64,000 nt of DNA from Eledone cirrhosa (lineage: Eukaryota). The position numbers were made by a program, and so were the translations under genes. The notes below the pieces were generated by a model. That model did no database searches. It worked only from the letters and a program-made list of their open reading frames with translations, and was not told where the DNA came from. How positions within the stretch are numbered: position 1 is the first letter of the stretch; each line of letters starts with the position of its first letter. Positions 13,505 to 26,700 of the stretch are shown piece by piece. Location of the stretch: the NCBI GenBank assembly GCA_964016885.1, contig CAXHJY010001129.1, positions 22,122 to 86,121 on the forward strand, written 5' to 3'.

Positions 13505-16296
13505 CTGTCTATATATATGTGTGTATATGTATGTATATATATATATGTGTCTGTCTATGTGTGTGTGTATGTATGTCTATATATATGTGTGTATGTATGT
13601 ATATATATATATGTATGTCTATATGTGTGTGTGTCTGTATGTATATATGTGTGTATGTATGTATATATATATGTATCTCTATATATATATGTCTATATGT
13701 GTGTATATGTATATATATATATATGTGTCTGTCTATATATATGTGTATGTATATATATGTATGTCTGTGTGTATGTGTCTGTATGTATATATATGTATGT
13801 CTATGTGTATGTATATCTATATGTATGTATATGTATGTATATATATATATATATGTATGTATATGTATGTATATATATATATATATGTCTGTGTATGTGT
13901 CTGTCTATATATATGTGTGTATGATTGTATATATATATGTATGTATATGGGTGTATATATATATATGTATGTCTATGTGTATGTATATCTATGTGTGTAT
14001 ATGTATATATATATATATGTGTCTGTCTATATGTGTCTGTATGTATATATATATATGTATGTCTATATGTGTGTATATGTATGTATATATATATATGTCT
14101 GTGTATGTATGTATATATATGTATGTGTATGTGTATGTATATCTATATGTATGTATATGTATGTATATATATATATATATGTCTGTGTATGTGTCTGTCT
14201 ATATATATGTATGTGTATGTATATGTATATGGGTATATATATATATGTATGTCTATGTGTGTATATGTATGTATATATATATATATGTATGTGTATGTAT
14301 ATGTATATGGGTGTATATATATATGTATGTCTCTGTGTGTATATGTATATATATATATGTATGTCTATGTGTATGTTTATCTATATGTGTGTATAGTATA
14401 TATGTATGTCTATATGTGTGTATATGTATGTATATATATATATGTGTCTGTCTATATGTGTGCGTGTATGTATGTATGTATATATATGTATATCTATGTG
14501 TGTATATGTATATATATATATATGTGTCTGTCTATATATATGTGTGTATGTATGTATATATATGTATATCTATGTGTGTATATGTATATATATATATGTG
14601 TCTGTCTATATATATGTGTGTATGTATGTATATATATGTATATCTATGTGTGTATATGTATATATATATATATGTGTCTGTCTATATATATGTGTGTATG
14701 TATGTATATATATATATGTCTATATGTGTGTATATGTATGTATATATATATATATGTGTCTGTCTATATATATGTGTGTATGTATGTATATATATATATG
14801 TATGTCTATGTGTGTATATGTATGTATGTATATATATGTATATATATATGTATGTCTATATGTATATATATATGTCTATATGTGTGTATATGTATGTATA
14901 TATATATATGTGTCTGTCTATATATATGTGTGTATGTATGTATATATATATATGTATGTCTATGTGTGTATATGTATGTATGTATATATATGTATATATA
15001 TATGTATGTCTATATGTATATATATATGTCTATATGTGTGTATATGTATGTATATATATATATGTGTCTGTCTATATATATGTGTGTATGTATGTATATA
15101 TATATATGTATGTCTATGTGTGTATATGTATGTATGTATATATATGTATGTCTATATGTATATATATATGTCTATATGTGTGTATATGTATGTATATATA
15201 TATATGTGTCTGTCTATATATATGTGTGTATGTATGTATATATATATATATGTATGTCTATGTGTGTATATGTATGTATATATATGTATATATATATGTA
15301 TGTCTATATGTATATATATATGTCTATATGTGTGTATATGTATGTATATATATATATGTGTCTGTCTATATGTGTGTGTGTATGTATGTATATATATATG
15401 TATGTCTATGTGTGTATAAGTATGTATGTATATATATGTATATATATATGTATGTCTATATGTATATATATATGTCTATATGTGTGTATATGTATGTATA
15501 TATATATATGTGTCTGTCTATATATATGTGTGTATGTATGTATATATATATATATGTATGTCTATGTGTGTATATGTATGTATGTATATATATGTATATA
15601 TATATGTATGTCTATATGTATATATATATGTCTATATGTGTGTATATGTATGTATATATATATATGTGTCTGTCTATATATATGTGTGTATGTATGTATA
15701 TATATATATATGTATGTCTATGTGTGTATATGTATGTATGTATATATATGTATATATATATGTATGTCTATATGTATATATATATGTCTATATGTGTGTA
15801 TATGTATGTATATATATATATGTCTGTCTATGTGTGTATATGTATGTATGTATATATATGTATGTCTATGTGTGTATATGTATGTATGTATATATATGTA
15901 TATATATATATGTATGTCTATATGTATATATATATGTCTATATGTGTGTATATGTATGTATATATATATATGTGTCTGTCTATATATATGTGTGTATGTA
16001 TGTATATATATATGTATGTCTATGTGTGTATATGTATGTATGTATATATATGTATATATATATGTATGTCTATATGTATATATATATGTCTATATGTGTG
16101 TATATGTATGTATATATATATATGTGTCTGTCTATATATATGTGTGTATGTATGTATATATATATATATGTATGTCTATGTGTGTATATGTATGTCTATA
16201 TGTGTGTATATGTATGTATATATATATATATGTGTCTGTCTATATATATGTGTGTATGTATGTATATATATATATGTATGTCTATGTGTGTATATG

Positions 16297-16328
<32 letters not shown>

Positions 16329-16514
16329 TGTATGTCTATATGGATATAGATATGTCTATATGTGTGTATATGTATGTATATATATATATGTGTCTGTCTA
16401 TATATATGTGTATATGTATGTATATATATATATGTCTGTCTATGTGTGTATATGTATGTATATATATATATATGTATGTATATGAGTGTCTATATATATA
16501 TATATATATTTTAA

Positions 16515-16552
<38 letters not shown>

Positions 16553-16555
16553 GTG

Positions 16556-16586
<31 letters not shown>
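12412..16586. repeat. Compound (TA/TG/TC) microsatellite, 4.2 kb
   Basis: Low complexity; produces spurious YI/CV ORFs. Confidence 0.95.
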
Positions 16587-16681
16587 CATCAAATGATCCT
16601 CCATCCTGTCTATAATGTCATCTGTAAAGGTTTATGTCACTGGAAAGGTCACAGTCCACTTAACTGGAGCTTCCCTTCCTG

Positions 16682-16752
16682 TCACACACACACACACATA
16701 CATACATACACATATACATACATACATACATACATACACACACATACATACA

Positions 16753-16788
<36 letters not shown>

Positions 16789-16831
16789 TAATACATACAT
16801 ACACATATATATATATATATAATACATACAT

Positions 16832-16864
<33 letters not shown>

Positions 16865-16915
16865 ATACATACATACATACACACATATATATATATATAT
16901 ATAATACATACATAC

Positions 16916-16946
<31 letters not shown>

Positions 16947-16995
16947 ATACACACATGCATACATACACACATATATATATATATATAATACATAC

Positions 16996-17026
<31 letters not shown>

Positions 17027-17040
17027 ATACATACATACAT

Positions 17041-17073
<33 letters not shown>

Positions 17074-17083
17074 ATACATACAT

Positions 17084-17151
<68 letters not shown>

Positions 17152-17165
17152 ATACATACATACAT

Positions 17166-17196
<31 letters not shown>

Positions 17197-17251
17197 ATAC
17201 ACACATGCATACATACACACATATATATATATATATATAATACATACATAC

Positions 17252-17282
<31 letters not shown>

Positions 17283-17325
17283 ATACATACATACACATAT
17301 ATATATATATATATATATAATACAT

Positions 17326-17360
<35 letters not shown>
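16682..17360. repeat. Compound (CA/TA) microsatellite
   Basis: Low complexity. Confidence 0.95.
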
Positions 17361-17361
<1 letters not shown>

Positions 17362-17526
17362 GCAATGAAATATCTATGATCGTCGGCAAATCACTGATGA
17401 GGGACTCATTTTATTACATGTTATCTATGCGCTACCTGCAGTATTTTTCTCCATATTTTATTACATATATAAATATATATATATATATAAATATATATAT
17501 AAATATATATAAAAATATATATATAA

Positions 17527-17563
<37 letters not shown>

Positions 17564-17573
17564 ATACATACAT

Positions 17574-17615
<42 letters not shown>

Positions 17616-17626
17616 GGATGAGTTCT

Positions 17627-17671
<45 letters not shown>

Positions 17672-17673
<2 letters not shown>

Positions 17674-18595
17674 ATGAGTTCTCTCCAGCGGTCTCTGTCC
17701 CTCATTATCGCTGCCATGTCCTGCGTCTCCAACAGACCAGTGTCTGTCCTTAGAGCATCAACATACGTTAACCTCGGTCTTCCTCTTCCAGTGTGTCCAT
17801 GTAGGGGCTCCCACAGAAGCACTGAGTGCAGTGTCAACTCTGGATGTCAGTGAGTGTGTCCATGTAGGGGCTCCCACAGGAGCACTGAGTGCAGTGTCAA
17901 CTCTGGATGTCAGTGAGTGTGTCCATGTAGGGGCTCCCACAGGAGCACTGAGTGCAATGTCAACTCTGGATATCGGTGAGCATGTCCAGCTAACCTCAGT
18001 CTCCCTCTTCCAGTGTGTCCATGTAGGGGCTCCCACAGGAGCACTGAGTGCAGTGTCAACTCTGGATGTTGGTGAGGATGTCCAGCTAACCTCAGTCTCC
18101 CTCTTCCAGTGTGTCCATGTAGGGGCTCCCAAAGGAGCACTGAGTGCAGTGTCAACTCTGGATGTTGGTGAGGATGTCCAGCTAACCTCAATCTCCCTCT
18201 TCCAGTGTGTCCATGTAGGGGCTCCCACAGGAGCACTGAGTGCAGTGTCAACTCTGGATGTCGGTGAGCATGTCCAGCTAACCTCAGTCTCCCTCTTCCA
18301 GTGTGTCCATGTAGGGGCTCCCACAGGAGCACTGAGTGCAGTGTTAACTCTGGATGTCGGTGAGCATGTCCAGCTAACCTCAGTCTCCCTCTTCCAGTGT
18401 GTCCATGTAGGGGCTCCCAAAGGAGCACTGAGTGCAGTGTCAACTCTGGATGTTGGTGAGGATGTCCAGCTAACCTCAATCTCCCTCTTCCAGTGTGTCC
18501 ATGTAGGGGCTCCCACAGGAGCACTGAGTGCAGTGTCAACTCTGGATGTCGGTGAGCATGTCCAGCTAACCTCAGTCTCCTGTGTGTCACTTTTG
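17672..18595 (-). mobile_element. LINE C-terminus (third family) expanded as in-frame 96-bp and 60-bp units
   Basis: ([32 protein letters not shown])x7 in ORF 17910..18590. Confidence 0.88.
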
Positions 18596-18704
18596 AAAAT
18601 AAGTAGAAAATGCTAAGATTTTCTCATGGAATAACAGCCACTGATCCCTCTTATTCCTAATTTCTTCCTTAGTTCGTTTATGCTTTGCCCTTCATGTATA
18701 TTAC

Positions 18705-18736
<32 letters not shown>

Positions 18737-18749
18737 GTGTCACCCCCAG

Positions 18750-18904
18750 GAGTGCCATGCGTCAGGCCAGATCACAATCCGTTTCCAGACATATGAAAAC
18801 AGCGGTGGCCAAGGAAGTAATGGACATTGCTGTGACGGACGTTGGGTCATCTGTGGCTCAGCTTGTGATCACCAGTTCTCCATATGTGTTGACCAGCGTT
18901 ACGG
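18750..18904 (+). CDS. Delta-like Notch-ligand-type gene, exon a (start of MNNL/C2 domain)
   Basis: cccag| acceptor; reads ECHASGQITIRFQTYENSGGQGSNGHCCDGRWVICGSACDHQFSICVDQRYG, with the NGxCCxG...C...C..F.IC pattern of the Notch-ligand N-terminus; GG|gtaggt donor, phase 2. Not in the ORF track in this frame. Confidence 0.88.
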
Positions 18905-18954
18905 GTAGGTAACTCTTTATATACTACTACTACTACTGCTCTGCTACTACTAAG

Positions 18955-19205
18955 AGACCAGTGTCTGTCCTTAGGGCATCAACATATGTAAACCTCGGTC
19001 TCCCTCTTCCAGTGTGTCCATGCAGGGGCTCCCACAGTAGCACTGAGTGCAGTGTCAACTCTGGATGTCAGTTAGCATGTCCAGCTAACCTCAGTCTCCT
19101 CTGTGTCACTTTTGAGTTGACTCTTGGGAGGCTCCCATACAGCTCTGAGTTCTTCATCCTCAGTGTATACTGATTAATGTTCAGAGCCATCCTCAGCATT
19201 CTCTT
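18955..19205 (-). mobile_element. Third-family LINE fragment
   Basis: Same LLWEPLHGH...RPRFTYVD region. Confidence 0.8.
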
Positions 19206-19548
19206 CATTCATCATCATTTCATTTTATTTTACCTCCACTTTTCCCTGCTTGCAAGGGTGGGACGGGAACTGATTCTGGCATGATTTCTACAGCTGGATG
19301 CCCTTCCTAACACCAACCTCATTTACAGTGAGTGGTGGGTGCTTTTTTGCCGTGGCACCTACACGACCACTTTACAGTGGAATGATAGGGACCCCAGTCC
19401 CTATCATCTCATTTCTACAGCTGAGTAAACTGGAGCAATGTGAAATAAAGTGTCTTGCTCAAGGAAACAACACATCACCCGGTCTGAGAATTGAACTCAC
19501 AACCTTTCGATTGCAAGGCCAATGCTCTAACCACTAAGCCATGTGCCT
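19205..19548 (-). mobile_element. tRNA-SINE copy
   Basis: Reverse complement of 763-1110. Confidence 0.9.
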
Positions 19549-19595
19549 CTCTTGTGTAGTATAATTATAAATGTCCTTTTATATTTAAATTTCAG

Positions 19596-19728
19596 GAGCC
19601 AGAACATGAATTCCTGCCCATTGGGTGCTCGTGAGAGTGGTGAGATAATCAACCAAGATAGTATTACCTTTGGCTCAAATATAGGTGGTATAAAGAACCC
19701 CCTGGTTTTCAAAGTGGACAGCGTACCT
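19596..19728 (+). CDS. Delta-like gene, exon b (MNNL/C2)
   Basis: ttcag| acceptor, phase 2 matches exon a; SQNMNSCPLGARESGEIINQDSITFGSNIGGIKNPLVFKVDSVP (C.xG...NP..F motif); CCT|gtaagt, phase 0. Confidence 0.88.
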
Positions 19729-20009
19729 GTAAGTTTACATACTTATCTTTCTTTCTACCTATCTACTTTTCATTCTCTCTCCCTACTAGGGCAATAAACC
19801 CACTGTATACATTGGTAAGCCATTAGACACACCACATTGGTTATAATTTACAGCTTTAAACAACACAAACACACACACACACTTTTATATTGTTATATTT
19901 GGAGAGAGTCGGTCATATCTAAACTATAATAAAGTAAGGGGTGCGAGACTGTGCACTTTTTTTTTTTTTGATACCGTTAGTAAAATAAGTTGGATTACTT
20001 TGAATAAAT

Positions 20010-20660
20010 AATTGTTTCTACTTTAGGCACAAGGCCAGCAAATACCCCAGTGTATTACTGGTACTTTATTTTATCGACCCTGTAATAATTGTTTCCATTT
20101 TTGGCACAGGGCCAGCAATTACCCCAGTGCATTGCTGGTACTTTATTTTATCGACCCTGTAATAATTGTTTCCATTTCTGGCACAGGGCCAGCAATTACC
20201 CCAGTGCATTGCTGGTACTTTATTTTATCGACCCTGTAATAATTGTTTCCATTTTTGGCACAGGGCCAGCAATTACCCCAGTGCATTGCTGGTACTTTAT
20301 TTTATCGACCCTGTAATAATTGTTTCCATTTCTGGCACAGGGCCAGCAATTACCCCAGTGCATTGCTGGTACTTTATTTTATCGACCCTGTAATAATTGT
20401 TTCCATTTCTGGCACAGGGCCAGCAAGTACCCCAGTGTATTACTGGTACTTTATTTTATCGACCCTGTAATAATTGTTTCCATTTTTGGCACAGGGCCAG
20501 CAATTACCCCAGTGCAATGCTGGTACTTTATTTTATCGACCCCGTAAGGATGAAAGGCAAAGTTAACCTCAGCGGGATTTGAACTCAGTCCGTAAAGGGA
20601 CGTAACTGTGCTCCAAAGCATGGTGTCCGACCCTCTACCGATACTGCCAATTCACTGCCT
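20010..20660 (-). mobile_element. Second SINE with ~7 x 77-bp 3' expansion
   Basis: Head ~20550-20660; 77-bp periodicity. Confidence 0.85.
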
Positions 20661-20748
20661 TATATTACATAATTTATCTACTAAATTTCGTAAACGAAAA
20701 TAATTTAGTAAAAATAAATAATTTAAAATTGAATTCTTTTCAAAGTTG

Positions 20749-21077
20749 CACTTCCGGTATATCGTTGCCACCACCACCACCACCATTTCAACTACCATAT
20801 ATATAGAAAGAGAGAGTGTGTGATGTCAACATTTGCGGTATATCGTTGCCACCACCACCACCACCATTTCAACTACCATATATATAGAAAGAGAGAGTGT
20901 GTGATGTCAACATTTGCGATATATCGTTGCCACCACAACCACCACCACTTCCACTACCATATATATAGAAAGAGAGACTGTGATGTCAACACTTCCGGTA
21001 TATCATTGCCACCACCACCATCACCACCACCACTTCTACTACCATATATATAGTAAGAGAGAGTGTGATGTCAACAC
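20749..21077. repeat. ~80-bp tandem repeat x4
   Basis: CACTTCCGGTATATCGTTGCCACCACC...GTGTGATGTCAA units. Confidence 0.85.
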
Positions 21078-22077
21078 TGCTTTTTTGCCGTGGCACCTCC
21101 ACGACCACTTTACAGTGAGTGCTGGGTGCTTTTTTGCCGTGGCACCTCCACAACCACTTTACAGTGTGGGCTGGGTGCTTTTTTGCCGTGGGACCTTCAC
21201 AACCACTTTACAGTGAGTGGTGGGTGCTTTTTTTTGTCGTGGCACCTCCACGACCACTTTACAGTGAGTGCTGGGTGCTTTTTTGCCGTGGCACCTCCAC
21301 AACCACTTTACAGTGAGTGCTGGGTGCTTTTTTGCCGTGGCACCTCCACAACCACTTTACAGTGAGTGCTGGGTGCTTTTTTGCCGTGGCACCTCCACAA
21401 CCACTTTACAGTGAGTGCTGGGTGCTTTTTTGCCGTGGGACCTCCACAACCACTTTACAGTGAGTGCTGGGTGCTTTTTTGCCGTGGCACCTCCACAACC
21501 ACTTTACAGCGAGTGCTGGGTGCTTTTTTGCCGTGGCACCTCCACGTCCACTTTACAGTGTGGGCTGGGTGCTTTTTTGCCGTGGCACTTCCACAACCAC
21601 TTTACAGTGAGTGCTGGGTGCTTTTTTGCTGTGGCACCTCCACAACCACTTTACAGCGAGTGCTGGGTGCTTTTTTGCTGTGGCACCTCCACGACCACTT
21701 TGCAGTGAGTGCTGGGTGCTTTTTTTGTCGTGGCACCTCCACAACCACTTTACAGTGAGTGCTGCGTGCTTTTTTGCCGTGGCACCTCCACAACCACTTT
21801 ACAGTGAATGCTGGGTGCTTTTTTGCCGTGGGACCTCCACAACCACTTTACAGTGAGTGTTGGGTGCCTTTTTGCCGTGGCACCTCCACGACCACTTTGC
21901 AGTGGAATGATAGCGACCCCAGTCCCTATCATCTCATTTCTACAGCTGAGTAAACTGGAGCAATGTGAAATAAAGTGTCTTGCTCAAGGAAACAACACAT
22001 CACCCGGTCTGAGAATTGAACTCACAACCTTTCGATTGCAAGCCCAATGTCCTAACCACTAAGCCATGTGCCTCCAT
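21078..22077 (-). mobile_element. tRNA-SINE with ~17 x 49-bp internal expansion
   Basis: tRNA head at ~22000-22077; 49-bp array 21078-21900. Confidence 0.9.
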
Positions 22078-22092
22078 GTTATTATTATATAG

Positions 22093-22472
22093 AAAATCAG
22101 AGTAGAGAGGGAAGTGCTCTCTTCCCAGCATTTTGTTGAAAGATGGGTGAGAGAAGCAAGAATGGCCCGAGTGAATGGGCCGGCTCTGAGTATATATCTG
22201 TAAACTAAAGGTGGAAAACTGGGAGAGGGCACTTGCCTTGGTGGTCAGGGTCATTGTGGCTTTTTACTGGGCTTTCTCCACAAATGTCCCTCCGAAGTCT
22301 CCCCCCTATTGGGGAATTTTTCATTGTTATTTTCATTGTTATTTTTGTTACATCCTCTGTTTTTGTTTTTTACACGCAGAAATGCCCATTTGTACCGTCC
22401 TGCATTGTCCTGCACTGTCCTTAATGTCTACTTTATGTAAACCCTTGTGGTTAATAAAGAAATCATTATTAT
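22093..22472 (+). mobile_element. Probable L1/Tx1-like LINE 3' end
   Basis: KIRVEREVLSSQHFVERWVREARMARVNGPALSIYL* (F..RW C-terminal motif), T-rich UTR, AATAAA, (ATT)n tail. Confidence 0.55.
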
Positions 22473-22482
22473 ATAATTTCAG

Positions 22483-22622
22483 AGTTGGATCTTGGTGAAA
22501 GTCGATGTGTGGGATGTGGATGACAACAGCCACGACCATGTTGACTTCCTCACAAAGATGGTCAGACTTTATCCATTGCAGCCAGATGACACGGAGAGGG
22601 TTGTCATGTCTGGTCATACAAC
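22483..22622 (+). CDS. Delta-like gene, exon c (end of MNNL/C2)
   Basis: tttcag| acceptor, phase 0; SWILVKVDVWDVDDNSHDHVDFLTKMVRLYPLQPDDTERVVMSGHTT; AC|gtaagc, phase 2. Confidence 0.85.
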
Positions 22623-22634
22623 GTAAGCGCATGC

Positions 22635-23740
22635 TTCTCTACAGCTGGCCCCCTTTTATGACGTCCTAAACGTGACATAAGACATATCTCTACAACTGGC
22701 CCCCTTTTATGACGTCCTAAACGTGACATAAGACATATCTCTACAACTGGCCCCCTTTTATGACGTCCTAAACGTGACATAAGACATATCTCTACAACTG
22801 GCCCCCTTTTATGACGTCCTAAACGTGACATAAGACATATCTCTACAACTGGCCCCCTTTTATGACGTCCTAAACGTGACATAAGACATATCTCTACAAC
22901 TGGCCCCCTTTTATGACGTCCTAAACGTGACATAAGACATATCTCTACAACTGGCCGCCTTTTATGACGTCCTAAACGTGACATACGACATATCTCTACA
23001 ACTGGCCCCCTTTTATGACGTCCTAAACGTGACATAAGACATATCTCTACAACTGGCCCCCTTTTATGACGTCCTAAACGTGACATAAGACATATCTCTA
23101 CAACTGGCCGCCTTTTATGATGTCCTAAACGTGACATACGACATATCTCTACAACTGGCCGCCTTTTATGATGTCCTAAACGTGACATACGACATATCTC
23201 TACAACTGGCCCCCTTTTATGATGTCCTAAACGTGACATACGACATATCTCTACAACTGGGCCCCTTTTATGATGTCCTAAACGTGACATACGACATATC
23301 TCTACAACTGGGCCCCTTTTATGATGTCCTAAACGTGACATACGACATATCTCTACAACTGGGCCCCTTTTATGACGTCCTAAACGTGACATAAGACATA
23401 TCTCTACAACTGGCCCCCTTTTATGACGTCCTAAACGTGACATAAGACATATCTCTACAACTGGGCCCCTTTTATGATGTCCTAAACGTGACATACGACA
23501 TATCTCTACAACTGGGCCCCTTTTATGACGTCCTAAACGTGACATAAGACATATCTCTACAACTGGCCCCCTTTTATGACGTCCTAAACGTGACATAAGA
23601 CATATCTCTACAACTGGGCCCCTTTTATGACGTCCTAAACGTGACATAAGACATATCTCTACAACTGGCCGCCTTTTATGATGTCCTAAACGTGACATAA
23701 GACATATCTCTACAACTGGCCCCCTTTTACAACGTCCTAC
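22635..23740. repeat. 51-bp minisatellite (~21 units) starting just after the exon c donor
   Basis: 17-aa periodic ORF 22604..23698. Confidence 0.95.
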
Positions 23741-26700
23741 CAGCCAGGTGTCACCTCACCTGTAATTACCAGCCAGGTGTCACCTTACCTGTAGTTTCCA
23801 TCCAGGTGTCACCTTACCTGTAATTACCATCCAGGTGTCACCTCACCTGTAATTACCACAGCACTACTACCAGCCAGGTGTCACCTCACCTGTAATTACC
23901 ACAGCACTACTACCAGCCAGGTGTCACCTCACCTGTAATTAACACAGCACTACTACCAGCCAGGTGTCACCTCACCTGTAATTACCACAGCACTACTACC
24001 AGCCAGGTGTCATCTCACCTGTAATTAACACAGCACTACTAGCAGCCAGGTGTCACCTCACCTGTAATTAACACAGCACTACTACCAGCCAGGTGTCACC
24101 TCACCTGTAATTACCACATCACTACTACCAGCCAGGTGTCACCTCACCTGTAATTACCACAGCACTACTAGCAGCCAGGTGTCACCTCACCTGTAATTAA
24201 CACAGCACTACTACCAGCCAGGTGTCACCTCACCTGTAATTAACACAGCACTACTACCAGCCAGGTGTCACCTCACCTGTAATTAACACAGCACTACTAC
24301 CAGCCAGGTGTCACCTCACCTGTAATTAACACAGCACTACTACCAGCCAGGTGTCACCTCACCTGTAATTACCACAGCACTACTACCAGCCAGGTGTCAC
24401 CTCACCTGTAATTACCACAGCACTACTACTAGCAGCCAGGTGTCACCTCACCTGTAATTACCACAGCACTACTACCAGCCAGGTGTCACCTCACCTGTAA
24501 TTACCACAGCACTACTAGCAGCCAGGTGTCATCTCACCTGTAATTACCACAGCACTACTACCAGCCAGGTGTCACCTCACCTGTAATTACCACAGCACTA
24601 CTACCAGCCAGGTGTCACCTCACCTGTAATTACCACAGCACTACTAGCAGCCAGGTGTCACCTCACCTGTAATTACCACAGCACTACTACCAGCCAGGTA
24701 TCACCTCACCTGTAATTACCACAGCACTACTACCAGCCAGGTGTCACCTCACCTGTAATTAACACAGCACTACTACTACCAGCCAGGTGTCACCTCACCT
24801 GTAATTAACACAGCACTACTAGCAGCCAGGTGTCACCTCACCTGTAATTACCACAGCACTACTAGCAGCCAGGTGTCACCTCACCTGTAATTACCAGCCA
24901 GGTGTCACCTCACCTGTAATTACCACAGCACTACTACCAGCCAGGTGTCACCTCACCTGTAATTACCACAGCACTACTACCAGCCAGGTGTCGCCTCACC
25001 TGTAATTAACACAGCACTACTAGCAGCCAGGTGTCACCTCACCTGTAATTACCACAGCACTACTAGCAGCCAGGTGTCACCTCACCTGTAATTACCACAG
25101 CACTACTACCAGCCAGGTGTCACCTCACCTGTAATTAACACAGCACTACTACCAGCCAGGTGTCACCTCACCTGTAATTACCACAGCACTACTACTACCA
25201 GCCAGGTGTCACCTCACCTGTAATTAACACAGCACTACTACCAGCCAGGTGTCACCTCACCTGTAATTACCACAGCACTACTACCAGCCAGGTGTCACCT
25301 CACCTGTAATTACCAGCCAGGTGTCACCTCACCTGTAATTACCACAGCACTACTACCAGCCAGGTGTCACCTCACCTGTAATTACCACAGCACTACTACC
25401 AGCCAGGTGTCACCTCACCTGTAATTAACACAGCACTACTACCAGCCAGGTGTCACCTCACCTGTAATTAACACAGCACTACTACCAGCCAGGTGTCACC
25501 TCACCTGTAATTAACACAGCACTACTAGCAGCCAGGTGTCACCTCACCTGTAATTACCACAGCACTACTAGCAGCCAGGTGTCACCTCACCTGTAATTAC
25601 CAGCCAGGTGTCACCTCACCTGTAATTACCACAGCACTACTAGCAGCCAGGTGTCACCTCACCTGTAATTACCACAGCACTACTAGCAGCCAGGTGTCAC
25701 CTCACCTGTAATTACCACAGCACTACTACCAGCCAGGTGTCACCTCACCTGTAATTAACACAGCACTACTAGCAGCCAGGTGTCACCTCACCTGTAATTA
25801 CCACAGCACTACTACCAGCCAGGTGTCACCTCACCTGTAATTAACACAGCACTACTACCAGCCAGGTGTCACCTCACCTGTAATTAACACAGCACTACTA
25901 CCAGCCAGGTGTCACCACACCTGTAATTAACACAGCACTACTACCAGCCAGGTGTCACCTCACCTGTAATTACCACAGCACTACTACCAGCCAGGTGTCA
26001 CCTCACCTGTAATTACCACAGCACTACTACCAGCCAGGTGTCACCTCACCTGTAATTACCACAGCACTACTACCAGCCAGGTGTCACCTCACCTGTAATT
26101 ACCACAGCACTACTACCAGCCAGGTGTCACCTCACCTGTAATTACCACAGCACTACTACCAGCCAGGTGTCACCTCACCTGTAATTACCACAGCACTACT
26201 ACCAGCCAGGTGTCACCTCACCTGTAATTAACACAGCACTACTACCAGCCAGGTGTCACCTCACCTGTAATTACCACAGCACTACTACTACCAGCCAGGT
26301 GTCACCTCACCTGTAATTAACACAGCACTACTAGCAGCCAGGTGTCACCTCACCTGTAATTAACACAGCACTACTACCAGCCAGGTGTCACCTCACCTGT
26401 AATTAACACAGCACTACTACTACTAGCCAGGTGTCACCTCACCTGTAATTAACACAGCACTACTAGCAGCCAGGTGTCACCTCACCTGTAATTACCAGCC
26501 AGGTGTCACCTCACCTGTAATTAACACAGCACTACTAGCAGCCAGGTGTCACCTCACCTGTAATTACCACAGCACTACTACCAGCCAGGTGTCACCTCAC
26601 CTGTAATTACCACAGCACTACTAGCAGCCAGGTGTCACCTCACCTGTAATTACCACAGCACTACTACCAGCCAGGTGTCACCTCACCTGTAATTAACACA

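Noticed and set aside
12276-16615. Long ORFs of up to 1340 aa
   Set aside because: Translations of TA/TG microsatellite, open in all frames by composition.
22604-23698. 17-aa repeat protein on the minus strand
   Set aside because: 51-bp minisatellite that is stop-free by chance.
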